A stretch of 64,000 nucleotides of DNA from a phage. A model generated the notes under the pieces. That model saw nothing but the letters and a program-made list of their open reading frames with translations, was not told the DNA's origin and did no database searches. The position numbers were made by a program, and so were the translations under genes. The stretch lies in sequence record PZ674596.1; one strand, written 5' to 3'. This document shows positions 29,923 to 38,602 of the stretch, piece after piece (position 1 is the first letter of the stretch; every line of letters starts with the position of its first letter).

Positions 29923-30516
29923 ATGATTGCAGCCGAAAAAATCAAACAGCGAAAGCGCGACAACTCTCTTCGTGACCTCTGGAGAACACCTGACTGGCTG
30001 TTTTCTGCCATTCAACGTTATCTTGGAGTGACATTTGATGTTGACGTTGCCTGCAACAAGGACAATGCAAAGCTGCCTAATTTCATAGGCGTTGAGCGTG
30101 ATGCTTTGAAATCTGAATGGGGACAGCCAGGTACAATTGCCTTCCTCAATCCACCCTACTCCAAAATCTACCCCTGGATTGATGCGGCTATACGTGAGCA
30201 GGCTCGTGGAGTTACAACAGTGATGCTAATTCCTCAATCCCTAGATACAAAGTGGTATGAGCGTGCAACAGAGTGTGCGAATGAGACGATTATTCTGTCT
30301 GGTGGCCGCGTAGCGTTTGTCGAGCCTGACGTAAATCTGGGTCAGGTAGAAGTAAACATCAACCCAGGTGGCAGTATGCTCGTTGTTTTTCGAGGATTCT
30401 GTCAGGACGCTGGGCACTCTATAAGCAAGATCCCTTTGGACGTCATGAAAAGTCTGGGAGGGTATGATCCTGCGAATGTGATCAGGAAAAAAAGACCATC
30501 AAAGAAGGCTGCTTAG
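29923..30516 (+). CDS. phage-type N6-adenine DNA methyltransferase (Dam-like)
   Basis: 197 aa; catalytic motif FLNPPYS; small size typical of phage Dam family. Confidence 0.75.
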   Translation: MIAAEKIKQRKRDNSLRDLWRTPDWLFSAIQRYLGVTFDVDVACNKDNAKLPNFIGVERDALKSEWGQPGTIAFLNPPYSKIYPWIDAAIREQARGVTTVMLIPQSLDTKWYERATECANETIILSGGRVAFVEPDVNLGQVEVNINPGGSMLVVFRGFCQDAGHSISKIPLDVMKSLGGYDPANVIRKKRPSKKAA

Positions 30517-30537
30517 TTTGTTCTGGCGTCTGTAATT

Positions 30538-30595
30538 AGCCTGCTTCTGTATATATAAATAACTACATATTAATTATTAATATACGGAAGCAGGC
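30538..30595. repeat. large AT-rich palindrome (copy 1 of 2)
   Basis: AGCCTGCTTCTGTATATATAAAT...ATATACGGAAGCAGGC; near-identical arms recur at 63197-63251. Confidence 0.7.
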
Positions 30596-30701
30596 AGCTT
30601 TGTATCAGAGACTCCAGACCTGAACATCACTACAGAATCCACTAGAACCCCTTCCCAGACGCTTTAAAATCGATTTTATGAACCACTTTAAGGAAACCAA
30701 C

Positions 30702-30932
30702 ATGTCATACCCGACTAATGTCGTTGCGCTCGTAGAGAGCGATTTTCTGGCCCAGGCTCGTGAAATGATGAAAGATCGTGAGCAGGCTTTCAACTTGTAC
30801 GAATGGGCAATTAAGTGCTTGCATCTTGGCGAGCATCGCGAACTTGTTGAACAGCTTTTAGGTGAGTTGATCAATGAGGTGTTTGCCTTGAATGTTCAAC
30901 TACATGGTAGAGAAAATAATCAATCACAATGA
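30702..30932 (+). CDS. hypothetical protein
   Basis: 76 aa from ATG after AAGGAAACC; table ORF starts 24 nt earlier. Confidence 0.4.
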   Translation: MSYPTNVVALVESDFLAQAREMMKDREQAFNLYEWAIKCLHLGEHRELVEQLLGELINEVFALNVQLHGRENNQSQ

Positions 30933-31514
30933 TAGATAAGTACAAACTATTCATAAAGTGAATTGTAAGTGCTAAGATCTGATAGTTTCCAGTCGTAGAC
31001 TGGAGACTCGACCTGATGGGTGGGGGTAAGCGTCACTGGCGTCAGGTTTAAAAAAGCTCACTACCAGCGTAGAACTGGTGCCGTTTAGGTGTCGGGGAAG
31101 GGGGAACCAAAGTGAGCAGAGACAAGGGTCACTTTATGATTGTCGAGTCTGGGGTGTTTCGAGAGGTTGAATCCAGTACTCCCCTTCATAAAGTGTGGGA
31201 AGATCTCGGTTCTGGGGTGCTGTCATCCATAACTTCCCAAGTCTAAGCTGGCAGTAGACTTAGACCATAACTTTTCAGGTTATGAAACGACCAGGTTGGT
31301 GAGAGATTTTTATACTCACCTCCCTGGGAGAGTATTACCTGAAAAGACAACCTCTCACTTCGTTCGAGGTGAACTTCACTCACTTCGTTCGTTCAGTTCA
31401 GGTTTATAAAAACCTGTTCTGGGAAGTAATTTGTTTATTTTAATAATTATTAACACGCACGCGTGTGCGCACGCGCGAGGAAAAATCGGCGCGGCGCTTG
31501 ATTCAGGAGTTTAT

Positions 31515-32105
31515 ATGACGACGAAGACACCAGCCCGATCGCAAGCAAAAACTCGCAAAAAAGCCAAAAACAAAAATTCCCCCCGCACCAATCCCACAAC
31601 GCCTGTCGTAGAGTTCAATCCCCAGCTTAAAACCGTGAAAATCTTTAGTGATGGCTCTTGCCTTAAAAATCCGGGTGGCCCGGGCGGTTACGGTATCGTT
31701 CTCCAGTATCGTGGTGAGGAACGCGAGTTCTCAGATGGTTTTCATAGCACCACCAATAACCGCATGGAGATGATGGGGGCACTTATCGGGCTGGAGCGTT
31801 TGAAATATCCATGCAACGTTATTTTGCACTCTGATAGCCAGTATCTGAAAAACGGCATGACACAGTGGATGAAATGGTGGAAACGCAATGGATGGATGAC
31901 TTCTGACAAAAAACCGGTAAAGAATGTTGATCTGTGGAAGCGTCTGGATGAGGCCGCAAGTCGACATAATGTTCGCTGGAAGTGGGTTAAAGGTCACGCC
32001 GGGCATCGTGAAAATGAAATATGTGATCGACTCGCGAAGATCGCAGCTTTTTCAGCAGCAGATATGCCTCACAAGAAAGATATTGGTTTTGTTTATAATA
32101 AATAG
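31515..32105 (+). CDS. rnhA: ribonuclease HI with basic N-terminal extension
   Basis: Near-complete match to RNase HI core ([35 protein letters not shown]); start at ATG 31515 after CAGGAG. Confidence 0.85.
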   Translation: MTTKTPARSQAKTRKKAKNKNSPRTNPTTPVVEFNPQLKTVKIFSDGSCLKNPGGPGGYGIVLQYRGEEREFSDGFHSTTNNRMEMMGALIGLERLKYPCNVILHSDSQYLKNGMTQWMKWWKRNGWMTSDKKPVKNVDLWKRLDEAASRHNVRWKWVKGHAGHRENEICDRLAKIAAFSAADMPHKKDIGFVYNK

Positions 32106-32253
32106 TAAGTAAGTGTTTACCTATCATTTTAAATCATGTATCTTATCGGCGTCAGGATGACAATGTGTCGGTAAGACACAGTTCCAGGATGGAACGAGAA
32201 AGGCGGCTGGCAATCGCCAGCCGCAACTCTTTCTGACACTGGATGGAGTCCAC

Positions 32254-32748
32254 ATGGCACGTCAAACCTATTTCACTTCTGTAACTAAACGCCCTCGTTC
32301 TTTACGTCAAATTTTGGCCGAATTATTTAGCGGTCGTGTTATGTCACGCCTTGAAGAACTAGAGACTACCGTTCGGTTGCTGAATGAACGTTTAGATAAT
32401 CAAGCGTCAGTTGTTGCGAACGTGGGGGCGATTGTTGCCTCTGGCTCTTCACGCGAAGCGAAAAATGCACGGCCTTTAGTGAAGGAGAAAAACAACAAGG
32501 ACAGTTCGAATGGAAAATTTTCAAAGAAAGAGGCTGAAACCAATGGCCTACGTTCTCATTATAGTTTCACTGGCGACGGTAGCCGTTCCAGCCGGTCAGA
32601 GCCTTTTGATGCCGGATTCATCCATCACCACACCTTCGTCGACGACAATTACCACCACTCCAGTGGAGCGTCCTGTCACTCTGGATGGGATGGCGGTGGA
32701 TGCGATACCTCAAGTTCATCCAGTTACTCAGGATCATGCTGTGACTAA
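32254..32748 (+). CDS. hypothetical protein (frame uncertain)
   Basis: 164 aa; 3' part is low-complexity S/G/C-rich and overlaps an alternative frame 32510..32761. Confidence 0.3.
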   Translation: MARQTYFTSVTKRPRSLRQILAELFSGRVMSRLEELETTVRLLNERLDNQASVVANVGAIVASGSSREAKNARPLVKEKNNKDSSNGKFSKKEAETNGLRSHYSFTGDGSRSSRSEPFDAGFIHHHTFVDDNYHHSSGASCHSGWDGGGCDTSSSSSYSGSCCD

Positions 32749-32757
32749 GGCGGTTGT

Positions 32758-32946
32758 ATGAACTGGTTTTCAAATCACTTTGGAAAAATTTGGCTGGCAA
32801 TTCTTGCCCTTATGGCCGCCGGTTGGGTATCGAACATTATAAAACTTGTTTGCTCTGGCGATCTCCAGTTTCAGGCTGGCATGACCTTGGCTCGTGTAGT
32901 TGGGATTTTTGTTTTTCCAGTTGGTTCGGTACTTGGTTATTTCTGA
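32758..32946 (+). CDS. small membrane protein
   Basis: 62 aa with two hydrophobic segments; overlapped by alternative ORF 32754..32984. Confidence 0.35.
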   Translation: MNWFSNHFGKIWLAILALMAAGWVSNIIKLVCSGDLQFQAGMTLARVVGIFVFPVGSVLGYF

Positions 32947-33039
32947 CGGCTGTTAGTGCATATGCATTGACCATCTCTGCGTAAGCAATTTATGTAATTA
33001 GAAAACAACTTGTTTTGACAAATAATAAAAGGAAAGCAC

Positions 33040-33465
33040 ATGTTAGGTTTCTTCAAAAAGAAAACTCGTAAAGCTGTTATCGAAGTCAAAAAAATGGAGA
33101 ACCGTGATGCGGTTGAGGCCACCGTGTGGGGCGCGTACATGATCTCCTATGCCGACGGCACATGTGACGCAAAAGAAATTGCCATTCTTGAGAAGACAAT
33201 TGCAGCTCTGCCTGCGTTTTCTCCGTTTGCTGGTGAAATTGCCCAAATGAGCGCCAATATCCGTGCTCGTTACGAAGCGTCCCCTCGTTCTGCTAATGCA
33301 CAGGCTATTCGTGAGCTGTCTGATATTGCGGGTACTCCAGAGGCGGTCGATGTTCTGTGTCTGTGCCTTGATATTGCCGATCAGGACGGCATTGGTGAAC
33401 AAGAAGAGCAGGCACTGAAAAAGATCGCCCAGGCGCTTCAGTTGTCACTGGATGCTTATCTCTAA
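33040..33465 (+). CDS. TerB-like (tellurite-resistance-type) domain protein
   Basis: 141 aa; size and helical acidic pattern reminiscent of TerB; start context AAAAGGAAAGCACATG. Confidence 0.4.
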   Translation: MLGFFKKKTRKAVIEVKKMENRDAVEATVWGAYMISYADGTCDAKEIAILEKTIAALPAFSPFAGEIAQMSANIRARYEASPRSANAQAIRELSDIAGTPEAVDVLCLCLDIADQDGIGEQEEQALKKIAQALQLSLDAYL

Positions 33466-33623
33466 TGCTTGAGAGATTCCGGCTTGTGATCGTCATTGCT
33501 CTTCTGGTGATGGCGGTGTTGGTGGATTTTACGGGAAAGATGATGTCTGTCATTTCTGATGGCGTCCTCATTGGTCTGGCGATCTACTTCGCTTATCCGT
33601 TAGTTCGTAAAGCAAAGTGTTAA
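33465..33623 (+). CDS. small membrane protein (52 aa, not in ORF table)
   Basis: ATG overlaps upstream stop (TAATG); translation MLERFRLVIVIALLVMAVLVDFTGKMMSVISDGVLIGLAIYFAYPLVRKAKC; followed by a terminator hairpin. Confidence 0.4.
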   Translation: MLERFRLVIVIALLVMAVLVDFTGKMMSVISDGVLIGLAIYFAYPLVRKAKC

Positions 33624-33626
33624 TGA

Positions 33627-33653
33627 CAAGGGCCAAATGGCCCTTGTGTTTCG
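33627..33653 (+). terminator. Rho-independent terminator
   Basis: CAAGGGCC-aaat-GGCCCTTG followed by TGTTTCGTT. Confidence 0.6.
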
Positions 33654-33762
33654 TTGACCGAAATAGAGAGTTTGCACCTTTACGTTTAGCTTGCTCCCCT
33701 TTTATGCCACATCACAATAAAGCCAATAAGAAAACAACTTGTTTAAGCATTAGGAAAAACAC

Positions 33763-34329
33763 ATGTGCAAGAAATGCAAAGCGATAGCTGATGAACAAAA
33801 CGCCTTATTCGAAGAAATGGATGCTAATGAACTGGTCAAAATGTTAGCCATTCTTCGAGGAATAGAAGACGTTTCCATATTTGAGAGACTGTTTACAATA
33901 CTTAATTTTAATTCCACCTTTGAAGAGCCAACTCAGATTGTAGCTTTGGCACACCATTTCGGTGTTCATTACCTTGCTGAAAAAGAGAGAGCTGATAAGT
34001 TGCAAGCGACTTTGGATATGGTGAGCGAGACTCAAGAAACTGATGACGGTAACAAAAGTGAGACGATTATTGCCAGCAAAGATCGTGAAATTGCCGGGCT
34101 TAAATCCTCTCTAACGATGTTGATGTCTGCAATCAACCTTATGTCTTCTAAAGCAGGTTCTAAAATGCCATCACTAAACAGCGACGATCCGATGGCCGTT
34201 CGCCAGCTTTTAGGTGCAATGGCCGACCAGCTCGACGACACAAAGAGTCGCCTTGAAGACATGATGCGGGAGCTCACGCATCGCCATGACTTGAATAAGC
34301 AGCCGCACAAAACGCAATACGCACTCTAA
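33763..34329 (+). CDS. hypothetical protein
   Basis: 188 aa; start context AGGAAAAACACATG. Confidence 0.5.
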   Translation: MCKKCKAIADEQNALFEEMDANELVKMLAILRGIEDVSIFERLFTILNFNSTFEEPTQIVALAHHFGVHYLAEKERADKLQATLDMVSETQETDDGNKSETIIASKDREIAGLKSSLTMLMSAINLMSSKAGSKMPSLNSDDPMAVRQLLGAMADQLDDTKSRLEDMMRELTHRHDLNKQPHKTQYAL

Positions 34330-34346
34330 TACAGCACCAGTCGACA

Positions 34347-34369
34347 GGGGGCGACAGCCCCCATTTTTA
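34347..34369 (+). terminator. Rho-independent terminator
   Basis: GGGGGC-gaca-GCCCCC followed by ATTTTTA. Confidence 0.65.
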
Positions 34370-34470
34370 CGCCTTAAATCTGCTGTAACGCCTATGAATG
34401 CAGCTTTTATGCCTTTTCAAGTTTGCGATAATTACACCAATCAGAAAACAAATTATTTAATGGTGTAATT

Positions 34471-36156
34471 ATGAATACAGCCCTTTCCATCATCGACGAT
34501 GCCAGCTCAAACACGGCTATCGACTATCGTCAGGAAATGAATGTCATCCACGAAATCGTGGCCGAGTGCGAGAAAGAGATCGCCTTCATGTATCAGGTAC
34601 ACGACTTCGTTTATGGCGACGAACGCCACAACATGATTAATCGCCTGCTGAGACTAAACCATCGACCAGATGAAGATCGCTCGCGTTTAAATCGAGGTTG
34701 GTTGGATAAAGTCGATCTGGAATGGGTGAAACAGAATATTTGGGCCGAGTACTGGAGGAAGGTCACGGACATGACTAACGTTTTGCTGATCATGCCAGCT
34801 TCCCGTCGAGATGAGTGGCGCGAGCAGTTTATAGAGGGCAAACAGGAAGTCATCAAAACTGACAGAACCGGCTACCAGATGAAGGTTAAAGAGTTCGTTG
34901 GTGTACCGGAGTTCAAAGCAGAAACGGTCATACCCACGATGCTTAATTTGCTGAATGACAGGCACAAATATCTCTCTGAGCGCGTGTATGGCTTGTTTAA
35001 GGCGCTGAGTCCTGCGCACAAGACAAATAAGACAAACGGTTTCAGCGAGCGGCTGATAATCGCTGACTGCATTTCTGATTTCTGGCGGGACAGCGTTAGC
35101 GTGAACTATCGCAAAGAGGACTACATCGACGATCTGCGTGTCTTGCTTCATTTCTTCGCGCACAAAGAATTTATTACCATCAACCGCACTGCTGAGGTGC
35201 TATCAGCTGCGTATCGGGCAAACGACTGCCAGACCGGTGACTGGATGAACGTCGATGGAAATCTGATGCGCGTGAAGATGTTCAAGAACGGCAACGTTCA
35301 CTTTGAAATACATCCTGACGTGGCCTGGAAGTTGAATGAGGTGCTGGCTTACAGTATGCCTGCTGCAATCCCCGCGCCATGTCGCACCGCGCCAAAAACA
35401 CGGGCACCAAAGCAGTTCGGGTTAATCCAGAAGACGATCTCCGTGCCGGTTCGCACTGCGCTTCGTGACGGGCGATTGAGCAAAGACAAAGGCGTATGGT
35501 ACTTCTCTGATTCAGCTCTCCAGAAGTCGCAGGTGGAAGAGCTTGAGCGCACACTGAGCTTCATTGGCGGCGTGCAGGAGAAAAAACACTGGCAGTTCCC
35601 GTATGACATCGTCCATACGCTAAATACGATTGTGGCTACCGGATTAATACCGGATACAAAATCACACCAGTTCTACCCTACCCCACGCTTGATTGCTGAG
35701 TACGTTGCCAGAGCCACTGAATTGAAGCCTGGTGAGAAGCTGCTGGAGCCTCAAGCCGGACGTGGGGATCTTCTGGCCTATATTAACGCCGATCTGGAAG
35801 ATGTTACCTGCATAGAAATCGCACCTCTCTTCGCTGATATCCTGCGTGGAAAAGGGTATACGAACACGATTTGCTGCGACTTCATAAAGTGGTCTGAGGA
35901 CAACGCAGGTTATCAGTTCGACAAAATCGTTATGAACCCGCCGTACTCGCTTGGTCGTCATAGAGAGCACACTCTGGCTGCGCTTGGGCATCTGAAAGTC
36001 GGCGGGCGTCTTGTAGCAGTATTGCCGGGCACTGCGCCAATACTGGACTGGATGACGATGGATAATTACGTTTATGCCAGAGGGAAGTCGTTTACCAACG
36101 AGTTTGAAGACACAGGGATCACAGTCAGCGTATACGTTTTCAAACGCGTTAAATGA
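34471..36156 (+). CDS. large protein with C-terminal N6-adenine DNA methyltransferase domain
   Basis: 561 aa; SAM-binding-like LEPQAGRGDL then catalytic VMNPPYS near C-terminus; ~400 aa N-terminal region of unknown function. Confidence 0.6.
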   Translation: MNTALSIIDDASSNTAIDYRQEMNVIHEIVAECEKEIAFMYQVHDFVYGDERHNMINRLLRLNHRPDEDRSRLNRGWLDKVDLEWVKQNIWAEYWRKVTDMTNVLLIMPASRRDEWREQFIEGKQEVIKTDRTGYQMKVKEFVGVPEFKAETVIPTMLNLLNDRHKYLSERVYGLFKALSPAHKTNKTNGFSERLIIADCISDFWRDSVSVNYRKEDYIDDLRVLLHFFAHKEFITINRTAEVLSAAYRANDCQTGDWMNVDGNLMRVKMFKNGNVHFEIHPDVAWKLNEVLAYSMPAAIPAPCRTAPKTRAPKQFGLIQKTISVPVRTALRDGRLSKDKGVWYFSDSALQKSQVEELERTLSFIGGVQEKKHWQFPYDIVHTLNTIVATGLIPDTKSHQFYPTPRLIAEYVARATELKPGEKLLEPQAGRGDLLAYINADLEDVTCIEIAPLFADILRGKGYTNTICCDFIKWSEDNAGYQFDKIVMNPPYSLGRHREHTLAALGHLKVGGRLVAVLPGTAPILDWMTMDNYVYARGKSFTNEFEDTGITVSVYVFKRVK

Positions 36157-36217
36157 TAGGTAAATACTTACCTAATTTGTGTAAGAATGTAGTTACTAAA
36201 CGATAAGAGAAAAACAC

Positions 36218-36922
36218 ATGAACAACCTCCAGTTAGAGCATTTTAACGTCACAGGCCATTCTGATTTTCCTTTCAAGTTTACATTGAAAGGTTATGCAGA
36301 GGATGCGGTAGGCCAGATCATTATTGATAAAGGCATCGTTAAGTTTGAGGGGAATTTTGATGAATCCGCGAAAACATTCATAGACTTCGTTGCCAAACGT
36401 TGGAGCGAGCAATGGAAAGACCTGGAAAAGCGCGCTAATGAGTTTGATCGGTTCATGGATGCAATGGATACAGCAAAAGAGGCTCTTGCTGCCGGGACTC
36501 CGTTAGATCTGGAGTCACTTTTCAACGGCGAAGTGGCCTCTGCGATGTTCGCCACCATGTTCGCGGGTGAGTTCGTCCGCAGCGGTGCCAAAAACTACCT
36601 TGAGCTGGATTACAACGTCCCTGCAATTGGCGACTTCGTCGTTACCATCCAACGCAAAGAAGGTAAGACGCCAGGTGAACGCGTCGCAGAGCTTGAGGCC
36701 GTTGTGGATCAGCGTAACGGAGAGTGTGACCGTTTGATCAACGAGCTTCATGCACTTCGGGAAGAAAGAATATGTGCGGGTAGCAATACACGTAATGCTG
36801 CGGATATCTACTTCCAGTTAGTCGAGGAATGCCAGATTCCACCAGGTGGCTCTCTTGTCGATTACGTCAGACATTTAATGGCGGAAGTTAACTCCAGCCA
36901 TAAAGATGGTGAGGTGCGCTGA
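36218..36922 (+). CDS. hypothetical protein (shares C-terminal module with 39406..40098)
   Basis: 234 aa; C-terminal NTRNAADIYFQLVEECQIPPGGSLVDYV also present in a second protein. Confidence 0.5.
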   Translation: MNNLQLEHFNVTGHSDFPFKFTLKGYAEDAVGQIIIDKGIVKFEGNFDESAKTFIDFVAKRWSEQWKDLEKRANEFDRFMDAMDTAKEALAAGTPLDLESLFNGEVASAMFATMFAGEFVRSGAKNYLELDYNVPAIGDFVVTIQRKEGKTPGERVAELEAVVDQRNGECDRLINELHALREERICAGSNTRNAADIYFQLVEECQIPPGGSLVDYVRHLMAEVNSSHKDGEVR

Positions 36923-37302
36923 TGTTTGGCATTGACGCACAGCGTGTAGCCGCTTTTGCAAAAAGCCCTCTTGATAATCCCTTGTCTCGTAGTGAGCAAA
37001 TGGAGCTGGCAAGGCTTTTTCTTCACATTCAAAAACAGGCAGACATTTTCAATAACATGCCTAATCAACCTATTCTGGATGGTCACATCCAGATGGTCAT
37101 TAACAGTCATGAGAAAGGCTGGGCTGCAATCGTCCCCTGCACAATTACATACAAGTTGGCGAAAGAGGTTCAAGAGTTTCGAAAAGCCAGTGTCGAATCG
37201 GAGGCTACCAAAGCCGCAATAAACACTCTTATTCGCATGGGGTTCACATGGAACGGTGGAGCCTACTGGCAAGCACCTCACCCCATTTTATCCGGCAATT
37301 AG
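36922..37302 (+). CDS. hypothetical protein
   Basis: 126 aa; start overlaps upstream stop. Confidence 0.45.
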   Translation: MFGIDAQRVAAFAKSPLDNPLSRSEQMELARLFLHIQKQADIFNNMPNQPILDGHIQMVINSHEKGWAAIVPCTITYKLAKEVQEFRKASVESEATKAAINTLIRMGFTWNGGAYWQAPHPILSGN

Positions 37303-37332
37303 ACGCTACAAATCCTTCGGCATGAATAAATA

Positions 37333-37395
37333 AAGGCCATAAGTTGTGGCCTTAAATAAATTGTTTTCCACCTTTTCTTATTTGTGAAAATAACC
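37333..37395 (+). promoter_or_regulatory. conserved terminator-promoter cassette
   Basis: Hairpin AAGGCCATAAGTTGTGGCCTT followed by AAATAAATTGTTTTCCACCTTTTCTTATTTGTGAAAATAACC; related copies near 42960, 46910, 50971, 51577. Confidence 0.55.
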
Positions 37396-37421
37396 ACAAC
37401 TAGAAAACAACGGAGTTAAGA

Positions 37422-38063
37422 ATGTCTAGTATTTCCGAAGCTCATATGTTCGCCGCTGGCGCTCATGGTGGCGTTGGTCAGAAAAGAAAATATACCGGCG
37501 AAGACTACATCAACCACCCGGTTGCGGTCCGAGAGATTGTTGCATTGCATGACGGAACCGTGGAGATGCAAATCGCGGCGCTTCTGCATGATGTGGTCGA
37601 AGACACCCATGTAACCATAGAGATGGTTCGTGATCACTTCGGTGAGCGCGTAGCTGAAATGGTTCAGGCTCTGACCAACATTGCAAGGCCAGAAGACGGC
37701 AATCGAATACAGCGTTTCATCATCAATGTCCGGGAGCTGGAGCAAAATCTCGACATGCAGACGCGCATGATCAAGCTGGCTGACCTGCTCGACAATACCT
37801 CTTCTATCGTGAGTCGCGATCCCGAGTTTTCAGCTGTCTACCTCGCAGAGAAAGAACTGATGCTGGACGTACTCTTTCACGGCAAAGAGATTGGTGCCAA
37901 CGCTGATGTTGTCGAGTACATGGAGAGGATAGGTATAGAACACCCGTTGCTATTAAGCGCAATGGCGAAAGTCACTGAAGGTATTGCGCTTCTGAAACCG
38001 GTACACATCAAACGTTATGAAAAACACAAATCGCTGATCTGGAGCGCGTGGGAGGCTGCATGA
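37422..38063 (+). CDS. SpoT/RelA-type HD-domain (p)ppGpp hydrolase-like protein (small alarmone hydrolase)
   Basis: 213 aa; aligns to RelA/SpoT hydrolase domain: EDYINHPVAV..IAALLHDVVEDT..FGERVAEMV..IKLADLLDN. Confidence 0.7.
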   Translation: MSSISEAHMFAAGAHGGVGQKRKYTGEDYINHPVAVREIVALHDGTVEMQIAALLHDVVEDTHVTIEMVRDHFGERVAEMVQALTNIARPEDGNRIQRFIINVRELEQNLDMQTRMIKLADLLDNTSSIVSRDPEFSAVYLAEKELMLDVLFHGKEIGANADVVEYMERIGIEHPLLLSAMAKVTEGIALLKPVHIKRYEKHKSLIWSAWEAA

Positions 38064-38602
38064 AGGTCGAAAAAATAGATGTTCTTTCCTTTGTGCTGAC
38101 GGATCTGGAACGCCTCGATCCGGTTCGAGTAATGATTGAAAACTACGAACCTGGTAAGGGAAGAATCACCATCATCTGCTACGGAAAAGCGTGGACTGCG
38201 GCTTGGTTTGCTATGGGCGGTGATGATGTGCAGACGTTCATTAAGCGGGTCAGCAACGAGTATCTAATCGGCTATTTCGACTCTCAACTGCGAAGCACGG
38301 TCGACGATGACAACGATGCAAATCTGCTTTTCGTGAAGTCAGAAATCATAAAGTTACGAAGAGAGAGAGAAATCGACGCCGTACTGGCTCGTGAAATGTG
38401 GGACGAGGCGGAAAACGCCGATGACGTAAAAGAAAGCTGCTGTTGTTTCGGCGTCGGTAACAAACTGCTGAATCTCTTTGGTGATGATCCGTGGTATGCC
38501 GACTGGCCAACGGTACCAAACCCGAAATACCAGTATCTGGAACGCATTGTGAACGCGGTACGTGAAGGGCTGAAAGAGTTAGACAAGTTAGAGGCATCGT
38601 AA
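38060..38602 (+). CDS. hypothetical protein
   Basis: 180 aa from ATG 38060 overlapping upstream stop. Confidence 0.45.
   Translation: MKVEKIDVLSFVLTDLERLDPVRVMIENYEPGKGRITIICYGKAWTAAWFAMGGDDVQTFIKRVSNEYLIGYFDSQLRSTVDDDNDANLLFVKSEIIKLRREREIDAVLAREMWDEAENADDVKESCCCFGVGNKLLNLFGDDPWYADWPTVPNPKYQYLERIVNAVREGLKELDKLEAS

Noticed and set aside
29714-29926. Table ORF (70 aa)
   Set aside because: Spans the bidirectional terminator at 29814-29860 and the promoter region of the methyltransferase gene.
30935-31514. Possible tRNA gene(s) in the structured noncoding region
   Set aside because: A GGTTGAATCC T-loop-like string is present but I could not build a cloverleaf with acceptor stem by hand; left as a finding only.
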